A DNA stretch of 56,622 nucleotides from an uncultured Candidatus Saccharibacteria bacterium (GCA_964629265.1 CAZVQM010000001.1:1-56622); one strand, 5' to 3'; shown: positions 44,932 through 54,124, numbered from the stretch's first letter. Made by a program: numbers and translations. The notes: generated by a model from the letters alone, not told the origin.

Positions 44932-45729
44932 ATAGGGTTTTTCCAAAAGAAGCATAATATGAGGAAGAAGCGCGCGATGAGGCAAACCCAAAACGCGCAT
45001 GCCCGCCTTTATAACGCGCTTGAAGGGGTTATGCGTTCTTCCCAGCTCCCTTCGGATTTCCCACGGCTGACCTTTGAGCGCGCTCTCGCGGGCGAATTTC
45101 AATACGCGCCAATAGGTATAAAAATGAAGGTTATTGTCCTTGAGCGGATTTTTCCCACAGATCCGAACGTATACATCCTGAAAAATGCGCGGAAAGTACG
45201 CAAGGCCCCAGAGGCCGGTATGGGTTTCCTTTGGCCAAAGGCGGTTCGGCAAGGCGAGATAGAGGACTCCGCCCGGCTTCAAGACGCGCCATATCTCCGA
45301 AAGATATTCTCGAGGATCTCTAACGTGCTCGAAAACGCTTATGGAGAGCGCGGCGTCGAAATACCGGTCGGAAAACGGCAACGCGCTCCCGTCATAAAAG
45401 AAAAAACTGGGCGAGACGCCGTAGGCAGCCGCGTGGCGCACTGCAATGGCAACAAGATCTTCCTCGATATCAACGCCGGACACCTCGGCGCCCGCTTCAG
45501 CAAACGCAATGGAAACGCCTCCGTTTCCCGATCCGACGTCAAGCACGCGGAGGTTTTTCGGATCACGGATGCGAATACGGAAATCTTCCACGATTCCGCG
45601 CGCGCGAGCGATCTTGTTCGCCCAGTCCGCAATGATTTTTTGCCGCTCTCGCTCCGAGGCGCGCGGGAAGCGTCCAGAAACATATTCGCGCGCAACGACA
45701 TGAATATCGTCAAGAAATGATTCCGGCAT
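44920..45729 (-). CDS. Class I SAM-dependent methyltransferase (Methyltransf_11-like)
   Basis: Motifs 'LRVLDVGSGNGGVSIAFAEAGAEVSGVDI' and 'LKPGGVLYLALPN'. The ATG at 45729 is preferred over the track start at 45843. Confidence 0.8.
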   Translation of the reverse strand: MPESFLDDIHVVAREYVSGRFPRASERERQKIIADWANKIARARGIVEDFRIRIRDPKNLRVLDVGSGNGGVSIAFAEAGAEVSGVDIEEDLVAIAVRHAAAYGVSPSFFFYDGSALPFSDRYFDAALSISVFEHVRDPREYLSEIWRVLKPGGVLYLALPNRLWPKETHTGLWGLAYFPRIFQDVYVRICGKNPLKDNNLHFYTYWRVLKFARESALKGQPWEIRRELGRTHNPFKRVIKAGMRVLGLPHRALLPHIMLLLEKPYETV

Positions 45730-46849
45730 GGCGGTATTCAATCGAAGAAAGCATGGTAAGAAACTGATCGACATGATGGAGAATATCGAAGTCCCTTGCG
45801 CGAAGCAGCGCGTTTCGGGAAATCGCGCGCCGAAAGCCGGCATCGCGCATCATTCGTTCCATTTCGCGCTTGAACGCGTCGACGTCACCCAACGGAACCA
45901 AAACACCGTTCGTTCCCGAAATGATGATCTCCCGGAAGCCGCCGACGTCTGAGGCAATAACCGGAACTCCCGCAGCCATTGCTTCGACTGCTGCGATCCC
46001 AAACCCCTCCCAGCGGGAAGGAAGAAGAACGCAATCAGCACAAGAAAGGAGCTGTGGAATGTCGCGCCGTTCGCCGAGAAACCTCACCCGCTCGCGAAGC
46101 CGATATTCCTCCGCAAGCGCTTCAAGCCGCGCCCGCTCCTCCCCGTCTCCCGCAACAAGAAGAAACACGCCTGGGATGTCCCGCAAGGGAGCAAAAAGAA
46201 CATCAAGGCCTTTTTGACGCGTCAGGCGGCCTATAAAGAAAAAGAGGAACGCGCCCTGCGGCACACCGAATTTCTCCCGTTTCATACCGCCTTTTCTTTC
46301 GCGGATGCGCGAAAGATCAACGCCGTTCAGAAGAATAACAATTTTCCCGCGGTTGATACCGTGGCGCACAAGCGATTCACAGACGCCCCGAGAAACCGCA
46401 ACGATACGGTCCGAAAACCTCTGAAGCATCCGATCAACGAAAAATTGCCACGGCGACTTCACGGCGTCATACACGTTATGCTCGAACGACACAATCGCTG
46501 GCACGCGGCATATCGCGCCCGCAACACGCCCAATCGTATTCGCAAACCACAGATGGGTGACAAGAATGCGCGGACGCCATTCGCGGATCGTCAAGACGAA
46601 TCGGAGCCACGACGAAAGGTCCAGCATGCCGCGGAAAACTATATTCCTCCGATTACTCTCGGCAATCCTGCATTCTGCAAGAAGCGACGCCCCTGCTTTT
46701 TCCGGCCGGAGCGTTATGAGCCGCACCGGAATCCCACGACGGATGCATTCGTTTATTTCGTCGACCACAAGCCGTTCCGCGCCACCACCTGAGAGCGAGT
46801 TGACGACAAATGTTATGGTCGCGGCCCGAGACAACGAATTTCCATTCAT
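45710..46849 (-). CDS. GT4 glycosyltransferase
   Basis: Motifs 'ITFVVNSLSGGGAERLV' and 'PSRWEGFGIAAVEAMAAGVPVIASDVGG'. Confidence 0.85.
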   Translation of the reverse strand: MNGNSLSRAATITFVVNSLSGGGAERLVVDEINECIRRGIPVRLITLRPEKAGASLLAECRIAESNRRNIVFRGMLDLSSWLRFVLTIREWRPRILVTHLWFANTIGRVAGAICRVPAIVSFEHNVYDAVKSPWQFFVDRMLQRFSDRIVAVSRGVCESLVRHGINRGKIVILLNGVDLSRIRERKGGMKREKFGVPQGAFLFFFIGRLTRQKGLDVLFAPLRDIPGVFLLVAGDGEERARLEALAEEYRLRERVRFLGERRDIPQLLSCADCVLLPSRWEGFGIAAVEAMAAGVPVIASDVGGFREIIISGTNGVLVPLGDVDAFKREMERMMRDAGFRRAISRNALLRARDFDILHHVDQFLTMLSSIEYRHAGIIS

Positions 46850-47904
46850 AAACCGCGAGGTGCAAGTGATTCGGACAACGCGTCCATCATCCTGCCAACT
46901 GTTTTCTCAAACGCGTGATGCTCGACCACGGTGCGGCGAAGGGTCAGATTCGGACGGCTTTCATCTGCAAGATTCTTGATTCGCCCCGCGAGAAACTCCG
47001 GGCCTTGGTGCACCAAAAAATACTGGGGTGGCAGTATGTCGCGATATGCCTCGTTCGATGTGAGGACGGAAAGTCCGACTGCCATCGCTTCAAGCACCGC
47101 TTTATCCATGGACCCTGTCCTTGAAAGATTAACGAAAAGATCATGATCGCGAAGAATATCCGGGATTTCACGATATGGAAGAGGCCCGAGAAAAACAATT
47201 TCCCGATCAAGACCGAGGCGAGAGACAAGCATTTTTAGCGAGTCAAGGTAGAAAGAATCTTTTGGAAGAAGAGGGCCGCCCGCGATTGTGAGTACCCACT
47301 GCCGCCCCCACGTTTTTTTGAGCTCGGCGCACGCACGAATGAGCGCCTCATAATTTTTTACGGATGAAATCCTTCCGATAGTAACGAGCCGTAACGCGCT
47401 TGGATGCGCGAGCGGCGATTTCCCGGGAGAAAACCGTTCGGTATCAATCGCCTGCCCCACGACGACCACTTTTTTGGAATGAATCCGAAACCCCTCGCAG
47501 GACGACGTAAACACGAAAGAGACGAGTTTTTCCGCAAGCCGCAGCTTCCACGTAACGCTCTTGTGGGCGTACCAGAGCGCGCTCGGTTTTTTGAGAGAAA
47601 TAAGAAAGGGGGCGGCGGCAACGACGAATTCCGGAATTTGATGGAAAAGCACGGCGTCCGCGCGCGCGTAGTGACGCGAAAAAAGCACCAAGAAGCGCCA
47701 GATCCGTTTGAGGCGCGAGAACCCGTGTTCTTTCCCGAGAGAATAGACCGATACGTGTGGGGGAAACGACGCAAAACCCACGGCATTCGCGATAATCACC
47801 ACGCTCTCGGCGCGGCGAGCGCATGCTTCGAACCAATAATAAAACGCTCCGAGATTGTCGTCCTCTCTGTCGACTTTTTGCGTAAGGATGAGAAGTTTCA
47901 TCAA
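46846..47904 (-). CDS. GT4-like glycosyltransferase
   Basis: GT-B C-domain motif 'GSMDKAVLEAMAVGLSVLTS', with ATGA overlaps on both sides. Confidence 0.75.
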   Translation of the reverse strand: MMKLLILTQKVDREDDNLGAFYYWFEACARRAESVVIIANAVGFASFPPHVSVYSLGKEHGFSRLKRIWRFLVLFSRHYARADAVLFHQIPEFVVAAAPFLISLKKPSALWYAHKSVTWKLRLAEKLVSFVFTSSCEGFRIHSKKVVVVGQAIDTERFSPGKSPLAHPSALRLVTIGRISSVKNYEALIRACAELKKTWGRQWVLTIAGGPLLPKDSFYLDSLKMLVSRLGLDREIVFLGPLPYREIPDILRDHDLFVNLSRTGSMDKAVLEAMAVGLSVLTSNEAYRDILPPQYFLVHQGPEFLAGRIKNLADESRPNLTLRRTVVEHHAFEKTVGRMMDALSESLAPRGL

Positions 47905-49016
47905 AAACAGATAGTGAATGTTTCTCTGTAGCGCAGGAGGTATTCTTCTTCGTCTGACGGGAACGACCGCACTACTTCCACGTTCGCGCGAGAAAACTGC
48001 GCGCGGAGCTCCGGATCTTTCGAGAGGGATTCAACGGCAGACCGGAATGCGTCTCTGTCATTCACCGGAATCACGATGCCGTTTACGCCGCTTTTTACGA
48101 CCTCACCCGCAAGCCCCACATCGGTCATAACAACCGGAAGTCCCGCCGCCATTGCTTCAAGCACCACGCGCCCCCATCCTTCGTGATACGACGAGAGAAG
48201 AAATACGTCGAACGAACGGAAGTACTCGTGGATGTCGGAGCGCCATTCCTCAAGTATAACACACCCGCCGAGGCCAAAACGCGCAATCGCACGCTCGTAA
48301 CGCAGACGGTCGGGGCCGTCGCCGATAATCGAAAGAGTCGCTTCCGGTATCGCCGTGCGAAGTTCCGCCATCATACGGATAAGCATCAAAAAATTTTTCT
48401 CCTTTTCCACAAAGCGGCCCGCGGCGCACATGCGAAACCGCTTCTTGACGGACGCAACAGGTGCCGCGCCATCCGCGACCGCACGCCGAAACGCCACGAG
48501 ATCGGCAAAAATAGGAAGAACCGCAATCCGCTCCCGCGCGGCAGGAAACCGGCGAACGACGGAATCGCGGATCCGCGCCGACACAACCCGGATGCACCGA
48601 GCCCGCGGCAGTAAAAAACACGCGATCCGATAGCGAACCCGCTCTTTCCACGACGCGCGACAATACCAGGGGCTCAAAACATCCGCGTGAACCTGGAGCT
48701 GGAATGGGACGCCGAACCTGCGGCTCGCGAAATAACCGATGAGTCCCACTTCGTCAGGCGACTGGGCGCTCACGGCGTCAAAACGACCTTGTGAAAGAAG
48801 CGTGCGCAATCTCCGGTACATCCACAAACGAGAAACCACGGCGCCGAAACCTGTTCCGTAAAGGAAGAGTCGCGAACCGACTCGTTCGTCTGCATCCGCC
48901 CCAAGAACAAAAATATGAAGCTCGGAAAAAAGCTCTGCGTAGCGCTCCATCCTCTTCCTGGCGCCGCTCCCGTGCCGAAGGATGGAGGGATCAGAAGAAA
49001 GCATGACTACCTTCAT
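47901..49016 (-). CDS. GT4 glycosyltransferase
   Basis: Motif 'SSYHEGWGRVVLEAMAAGLPVVMTDVG'. Confidence 0.85.
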   Translation of the reverse strand: MKVVMLSSDPSILRHGSGARKRMERYAELFSELHIFVLGADADERVGSRLFLYGTGFGAVVSRLWMYRRLRTLLSQGRFDAVSAQSPDEVGLIGYFASRRFGVPFQLQVHADVLSPWYCRASWKERVRYRIACFLLPRARCIRVVSARIRDSVVRRFPAARERIAVLPIFADLVAFRRAVADGAAPVASVKKRFRMCAAGRFVEKEKNFLMLIRMMAELRTAIPEATLSIIGDGPDRLRYERAIARFGLGGCVILEEWRSDIHEYFRSFDVFLLSSYHEGWGRVVLEAMAAGLPVVMTDVGLAGEVVKSGVNGIVIPVNDRDAFRSAVESLSKDPELRAQFSRANVEVVRSFPSDEEEYLLRYRETFTICF

Positions 49017-51259
49017 GTGAAAAGTGTTACCGTTTTATCCGCCATTCGCTCAGCCGTAAAACGCATGCTCGTCTTTCGGCCTTCGGCTCCCAGACGAGCG
49101 CCGAACGCCGGGTCGTCGAGAACGCGAAACACCGCACGGACAAGCTCATTCCTATTGTCGTATGGAACGAGGAGGCCGTTTTCGCCGTCGCGAATAAGTT
49201 CTGGATTCCCGCCGACCGCCGTTGTCACAACCGGTGTTCCTCGCGAAAGCGCTTCGAGTATTGTATGAGAAAACCCTTCATACGCCGTATTCAGGATAAA
49301 AACGTCCGCGGCGGCAAGGTACAGCGCATGGTCCTCGGGAGAAACGCGCCCAAGAAATCGAACTCGATGAGAAACGTTATTTTTCTTTGCGCGCTCCTTC
49401 AGGATTTCTTCAAGCGGTCCCGAACCAAGAATAACCAGCTCGGCGCCGGAAGCTCGGCGAAGAATATCAGACATTGCATCGATCAAAAGAGAAAACCCTT
49501 TCCACGGCACCAAGCGGCCGGAAGAGACAAGAAGCGTTCCTTCTACGCCAAGAAACACACGCGCGGATTCTCGGGAAATCCCCTTGGAAGATTCCGCGGC
49601 GTTCTCAATCACAACGACCTTCTCTTTCCGGACTCCCCACCAGAGAATAACCGAGCGCAGATACGCGCTCGGTACGATAACGAGCCGCGCGCGCCGCGCC
49701 ACAAACGTTTCGATCTTTCGCAAAATCTCCACTCGCACGCCATACCGCTTCCCCAAGAACGAATTAAGAAGATCCGTAACGCCAAAGCGCTGAATGCCCT
49801 GCTCCCATGCGTAGTCGCCGACAACTTTCAGCGCGAACTCGCGACGAATGCACCATGCGGCAAAGAATGCCGGCAGCCCTACGCTCACCGGATCTTGCGC
49901 AAATACGACATCCGCGAAGCGGCCGCGGAATGCGACGTCAAGAAAAAAAAGAAAATGGCGAATTCCCTTTTTGTACCGCCGATAGTCGCCGAATGAGGAA
50001 ACACGGACCATGATTCCGCGCCGCGGCAGATGTTCGAGAAGCGTTTTCGTATAGGTGGCGGGACCTCCGATATCCGGCGGAAATGCGCCGGTCGCAACAA
50101 GGATGCGCTTTTTTGCGGCGAGAAGCTCACGGAAAAGATCGCTGTAGATATCCGCAATGCGATCCCAGGAAAATCGATCGCGGACCATATCCTGGCCCCG
50201 AACGGCAATGCGGTTCTGCAATTTTCTGTCCCGCAAAAGACGGAGAATCTTTTGCGCAAGGTCACCGGGATCCTCCGGACGCGCAAAAAGACCGGTTACC
50301 CCGTCCTCAATAATATCGGGGATGCCGCCGACCGGCGTTCCAATGATGGGGACTCCACAGGAGAGAGATTCCACAAATGAATTCCCCATGCCTTCGGACC
50401 GCGAGGGCCGGACAAATACGTCTGCTTTGCAAAGATAGTTCGGCACTTCCTCATGGGGGATACTCCCGAGAAGCTGTACGGATTCGCCAAGACCAAGCGA
50501 CAGAGAAAGCTTCTCAAGCGCGCCCCGTTCCGGACCATCGCCAAGAATCCAACACTCTGCGCCGGATATGGACTTCTTGACCTCCTTCATCGCGCGAATC
50601 AGCACATCGATTCCGTTTTTTTTCACCAGCCGCGAGGTCGTAATGACAATCTTCTGGTTTTTGCGGGAACTTCTCACTTTTGAATTTTGAATTTTGAATT
50701 TCTCACCGTCTACCCCGTTCGGAATCAGACGCGCAATACCTCGGTAGCGATATTCGCCCGAGAGCGCGAGAAGATAGGACGAGATCGCCGTAACTGCGTC
50801 AGCGTGAAATAAGATCGCGCAAAGCGCGCGCCGGATAAACCCACCGCGGCCTCGCCGGATCCGCTCCTCGTTCTCTCCGTATTGAAACGTAAAGACAAGA
50901 GGGGTTCGCGGGTGGAAGAACTTGAAAGCGAGCGCGGCGAGAGACCCTTGTGAAAGATCCATGCCCCACAGCAAAACATTTTTTTGTTTTGCAGAAATCC
51001 GAAATCCGAAATCCGAAATCCGAAACAAAACTAAAACAGGTAACAGCCATTTATCGAATCGAGTCCCGAAACCGAGGCGAATTACCGTTCCTTCGGGGCG
51101 TAGTTCCCGTTTCGGGATGTCACGCCGCATTCGCGCCGTCACAATAGTAAAATCAAAACGGTCCTTGAGCCGCCGGCTAACTTCCTCTATGGCGATCTCT
51201 GCGCCGCCCACAAAAGGATGATAGGCGGTTGAGAAGACATATACCTTTGGTTTCGCCAT
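49013..51259 (-). CDS. Tandem double GT4 glycosyltransferase (two complete GT-B modules in one 748-aa protein)
   Basis: Two E-x7-E regions are present: 'SEGMGNSFVESLSCGVPIIGTPVGG' and 'YEGFSHTILEALSRGTPVVTTAVGG'. The second module starts near 'KRILVATGAFPPDIGGPATY'. The ATG at 51259 (MAKPKVYVF) is preferred over the track start at 51406. Confidence 0.85.
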   Translation of the reverse strand: MAKPKVYVFSTAYHPFVGGAEIAIEEVSRRLKDRFDFTIVTARMRRDIPKRELRPEGTVIRLGFGTRFDKWLLPVLVLFRISDFGFRISAKQKNVLLWGMDLSQGSLAALAFKFFHPRTPLVFTFQYGENEERIRRGRGGFIRRALCAILFHADAVTAISSYLLALSGEYRYRGIARLIPNGVDGEKFKIQNSKVRSSRKNQKIVITTSRLVKKNGIDVLIRAMKEVKKSISGAECWILGDGPERGALEKLSLSLGLGESVQLLGSIPHEEVPNYLCKADVFVRPSRSEGMGNSFVESLSCGVPIIGTPVGGIPDIIEDGVTGLFARPEDPGDLAQKILRLLRDRKLQNRIAVRGQDMVRDRFSWDRIADIYSDLFRELLAAKKRILVATGAFPPDIGGPATYTKTLLEHLPRRGIMVRVSSFGDYRRYKKGIRHFLFFLDVAFRGRFADVVFAQDPVSVGLPAFFAAWCIRREFALKVVGDYAWEQGIQRFGVTDLLNSFLGKRYGVRVEILRKIETFVARRARLVIVPSAYLRSVILWWGVRKEKVVVIENAAESSKGISRESARVFLGVEGTLLVSSGRLVPWKGFSLLIDAMSDILRRASGAELVILGSGPLEEILKERAKKNNVSHRVRFLGRVSPEDHALYLAAADVFILNTAYEGFSHTILEALSRGTPVVTTAVGGNPELIRDGENGLLVPYDNRNELVRAVFRVLDDPAFGARLGAEGRKTSMRFTAERMADKTVTLFT
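50678..50701. repeat. Heptanucleotide tandem repeat (TTTTGAA)x3.4 inside the double-GT4 CDS
   Basis: Three perfect copies at 50678-50698 plus TTT. It encodes 'KFKIQNSK' on the minus strand. Confidence 0.85.
50994..51025. repeat. Heptanucleotide tandem repeat (GAAATCC)x4.6 inside the double-GT4 CDS
   Basis: Four perfect copies at 50994-51021 plus GAAA. It encodes 'FRISDFGFRIS' at about codons 78-89 of the gene. Confidence 0.9.
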
Positions 51260-51293
51260 CGTATCTATTGGAACGCACCGAAAAAGGCAGAGG

Positions 51294-52063
51294 TCAAGAT
51301 TTTCGAAAAGCAGCGGCAAGCGTACCTCCATACCATTGGAGTGCGGGAAGCTTCTGTGCAAAACATCGAAGCCCGTGAACGTCACGTTCCTTCCAAAATT
51401 CAGCAAGCGAGAGACCCTGCGCCTTGAGAAACCGCATCACTTCCCACGAAGATATGAGTACGCGCAGATCGTCGTCCTTTCGCTCATATCTGCCGGTCCG
51501 ATCGGTAAAATTTTCCTTCACAACCCGAAACGCCGAAAACCCTACCAACCGAAGAACATAATCCCGCATGCGGACGATATGAAACCATGCGCGATATAAA
51601 AACGACTTGTGGCGGAGAGCGGTCGGCCAGGCAAGTGGAAACTCAAGGTTTGGGGCAAGCACGATAAGGAACCCGCCCCGTTTCAGAACGCGGGCGCATT
51701 CTCGAAGAAGCCCCTTGGGATCACGAACGTGCTCAAGCGAAAACAATAAAAGCGCTCCGTCGAAAGAGGCGTCTTCAAATTCAAGCGGCGGACACTCACG
51801 AGCAACAAATGCAATTGAACGGGAATCTTCCTTCCACTTCGCACGCGCTTCTCGAACCGCATACGAAGAACGCTCGATCCCCGTATACGAAATATTTTGC
51901 CCAAGCCGAGAAAGAATTTCCGCCGTGCCGCATCCGACATCAAGAATCTTAAGAGGATGCTCCCCTTTCTCCCGTATGTAGTCAATGACGTTCCGTCTGG
52001 GAAACGCATCCCATCCTGTTCCACACCCGCATATTCATAATAGTGTGGCTCGTAGTTCGCCAT
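51294..52063 (-). pseudogene. Class I SAM methyltransferase interrupted by a single frameshift near the 5' end (pseudogene, assembly error or recoding)
   Basis: The ATG at 52063 is coupled to the upstream stop (TAATG) and opens frame 1 ('MANYEPHYYEYAG'). The methyltransferase frame, 'GWDAFPRRNVIDYIREKGEHPLKILDVGCGTAEILSRLG...FDGALLLFSLEHVRDPKGLLRECARVLKRGGFLIV', is offset by one base. It has no ATG/GTG/TTG before codon 'LFSLEH' and is closed upstream by a TGA at 52037-52035. Confidence 0.6.
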
Positions 52064-52866
52064 TATGGCGTTCTTTTTGCCTCAAGCTCCATGATGGTCT
52101 CTTTGACTAACCCGTCAGAGGGGTTTTGGACAAGAACTTTTTTCCACCATTCGAGCGCAGCGGGAATGTTATTCTCACGCTGGTATAAAGCCGCAAGCCA
52201 ACGCATGAGATCGGTATTGCCGGGATTTGCTTCAAGCCCTTCAAGAAGCACATCGTCCGCCAGGCCCTTTTTTTGCGTGTACGAATACGAATAGAGATCA
52301 GAAAGCGACATATACGTTCCGATGTCGTCAGATTTGTTTCGAATCGATGCACGGAAATTCGCCTCTGATTTCGGATAGTCAGGAAGATACTTCCAATAGA
52401 GTTCCCCCAAATTTGCGAAAGAAACGGAGTTCAGGGGCCGAATCACGCTCGCATATTCCCAGGCATCGCGCGCGCCCTCGTAATCGCCGATTCCTTTTTT
52501 CAAAAGCCCTATCTCGAGCCATCCTGCCAAAAAATCGGCGCGCTCGCTCACGGCCGCGGCATGAGTCCGAATCGTCGAATATATTTTATCAAGATCACTC
52601 CCGCCGAAAGCGGCTATCTCCTTCGGATCAGGCCTGATCTCTCCGGGATCGCGGCCGACATACGGCGGAATCAAAACCGGAGGATCCTCTGCGACGCGAC
52701 GCGCCTCTTCCCCGCCTTCTGGAATGTTCAATTCCCCTTGGGGTCGCTCCCGAAAAACAAGCAATCCCGAAATGTTCTCCCGAAAATATACGAGAACTCC
52801 GACGCCAGCGATCGCGAGGACGATGACGATAAAAGAATATCGTTTGAAGAATTCCCTAATGGGCAT
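52063..52866 (-). CDS. Membrane-anchored TPR-repeat protein
   Basis: N-terminal TM helix 'YSFIVIVLAIAGVGVLVYF'. TPR-like repeats include 'GLLKKGIGDYEGARDAWEYASVIRP' and 'LAALYQRENNIPAALEWWKKVLVQNP'. Confidence 0.75.
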   Translation of the reverse strand: MPIREFFKRYSFIVIVLAIAGVGVLVYFRENISGLLVFRERPQGELNIPEGGEEARRVAEDPPVLIPPYVGRDPGEIRPDPKEIAAFGGSDLDKIYSTIRTHAAAVSERADFLAGWLEIGLLKKGIGDYEGARDAWEYASVIRPLNSVSFANLGELYWKYLPDYPKSEANFRASIRNKSDDIGTYMSLSDLYSYSYTQKKGLADDVLLEGLEANPGNTDLMRWLAALYQRENNIPAALEWWKKVLVQNPSDGLVKETIMELEAKRTP

Positions 52867-52876
52867 ATGCTAAAAA

Positions 52877-52905
52877 ATATTACATGACAAAAAGCAGAGT
52901 GTCAA
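52877..52905 (-). promoter_or_regulatory. Near-consensus sigma70-type promoter for the TPR/methyltransferase/GT operon
   Basis: On the minus strand: TTGACA (52905-52900), a 17-nt spacer, then TAATAT (52882-52877). The -35 is part of the palindrome TGTCAA-CTA-TTGACA (52900-52914). Confidence 0.5.
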
Positions 52906-52958
52906 CTATTGACAAAAAAATGCGCCCGGAGCAAAAATGGATCTTTTCGAACAGCTTC

Positions 52959-53954
52959 TTAAGGACGATTCAATACGAACGTGAAACCGCCAACGGGCGA
53001 AATGGGAATTGTTGCTTGCACCGAATCAAAGGTAATCGCAAGGGAACCGCTTATGACGTAATCGAGGTTGTCCACCCATAATCCGTATGTTCTCGTGGCG
53101 CCCGCCGGAAATGTCTTGGGAATTGAAATGCCAAAAAGAGACACATGAGGGTTCCCTTCCGGCGGAACAGTTGAATTAAACGTATAACGGGTGGATGAAA
53201 TTACCTCATCCGAAGTTGTAACTCCATCCCGAAGAATAAAGATGACTTCCCGTCCTCGATTGCTTGCCGAGTTCATCTGATCAGTAAGCTTTATTATAAT
53301 TTGCGAAAGAAGGATGCTCGCCGAAAGATTATTTTGAATTGTAATGTCTCCGATCTTCGTAGGATTTACCGCAGCAATTGGGAATACGCTTTCGCTTCCG
53401 CCGGAAATCTTAAATTCTTCTTTTTTCTTTTCTACGGGCGGGGTTGTGGTAGCTGTTTCCGGAGGGACGGAGGGCGACGGGGGCTCCACGACCGGAGGCG
53501 GTAGAACGGTTTCGCTCCCTTTCAACAAAGAAAGTTCACCCTGGTACTTTTTTATGAGATCAGTGAGCGAAGAACTTGGATAATTCGTCTGTACAGAATT
53601 CAAAGATGAAATAAGCGACTCAAGCTCGGTGATTCTCACAGAAGAGCCATCCGTGCTTTGAGAAAGAATTTCATTCGCCCGCGTCCGGGTCTTTGGGCCA
53701 AAATAGCCGAGAGCCGGAGCAATGCCTTCTCTCTCCTGGAAGCGTTTTACGCCCCCTCGAGTAAGCGAGAAAAAATTCCCGGTCACCGGGCCGGAATAGA
53801 CGCTCTGGGATTTCAAAAATTCTTGGAGCCGGGTAACATCTCTGTCATCTGCAATGCCGTAATAAAGATCTCGATCAAAACCGGCGGCGAACACAGCGAT
53901 CGGTGCCGCAAAAAATCCTACCACGATATAAAAAGCTAATTTTTTCATATACAT
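52959..53954 (-). CDS. Secreted/anchored protein with peptidoglycan-binding (PG_binding_1-like) domain and a C-terminal beta-sandwich-like module
   Basis: Signal/anchor 'KKLAFYIVVGFFAAPIAVFA' and PGB-like 'DVTRLQEFLKSQSVYSGPVTGNFFSLTRGGVKRFQEREGI'. A Pro-rich linker 'PPPVVEPPSPSVPPETATTTPP' follows. The C-terminal ~150 aa resemble the modules of the adjacent surface protein. Confidence 0.75.
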   Translation of the reverse strand: MYMKKLAFYIVVGFFAAPIAVFAAGFDRDLYYGIADDRDVTRLQEFLKSQSVYSGPVTGNFFSLTRGGVKRFQEREGIAPALGYFGPKTRTRANEILSQSTDGSSVRITELESLISSLNSVQTNYPSSSLTDLIKKYQGELSLLKGSETVLPPPVVEPPSPSVPPETATTTPPVEKKKEEFKISGGSESVFPIAAVNPTKIGDITIQNNLSASILLSQIIIKLTDQMNSASNRGREVIFILRDGVTTSDEVISSTRYTFNSTVPPEGNPHVSLFGISIPKTFPAGATRTYGLWVDNLDYVISGSLAITFDSVQATIPISPVGGFTFVLNRP

Positions 53955-53956
53955 CC

Positions 53957-53984
53957 ATAATACTACTACAAATCAATATTTCAA
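53957..53984 (-). promoter_or_regulatory. Putative promoter abutting the PGB-protein start
   Basis: On the minus strand: TTGAAA (53984-53979), a 16-nt spacer, then TATTAT (53962-53957). The -10 ends 2 nt before the ATG at 53954 and 8 nt before the ATG at 53948. Confidence 0.35.
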
Positions 53985-54019
53985 TACTGCCATATGTAAG
54001 GTTTCAAAGCGGCAACAAA

Positions 54020-54047
54020 CCAAAAGCCCCCTATCGGGGGCTTTTGG
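54020..54047 (-). terminator. Rho-independent (bidirectional) terminator, second of two after the surface protein gene
   Basis: Perfect palindrome CCAAAAGCCCCC-TATC-GGGGGCTTTTGG with U-rich tails on both strands. Confidence 0.7.
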
Positions 54048-54052
54048 TCTAG

Positions 54053-54084
54053 AAAAAAATCCGACCCCGCTTTTGGCGGGGCCG
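54053..54084 (-). terminator. Rho-independent terminator, first after the surface protein gene
   Basis: On the minus strand, a CCCCGC-CAAAA-GCGGGG hairpin (54065-54081, extendable to 54062-54084) is followed by GA + TTTTTTT (54059-54053). Confidence 0.65.
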
Positions 54085-54124
54085 AATTCGAGCCTACAAG
54101 GAAAGCTCATACTACGAAGTTAGA

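Noticed and set aside
28281-45843. The long N-terminal extensions in the ORF track for several genes: 28281..29054, 34315..35184, 40647..41564, 44920..45843, 49013..51406, and also 10990..12174 and 8914..9585.
   Set aside because: The extensions overlap the upstream gene by 50-160 nt and lack family homology. In each case an internal ATG/GTG sits at or just after the upstream stop, often as an ATGA/GTGA/TAATG overlap. The shorter coordinates were used.
51683-52063. The 126-aa ORF as an independent gene.
   Set aside because: Only its first ~10-17 codons look genuine, because the start is coupled to the upstream stop. The remainder is the out-of-frame read-through of the methyltransferase gene. 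It is treated as part of a frameshifted gene instead.
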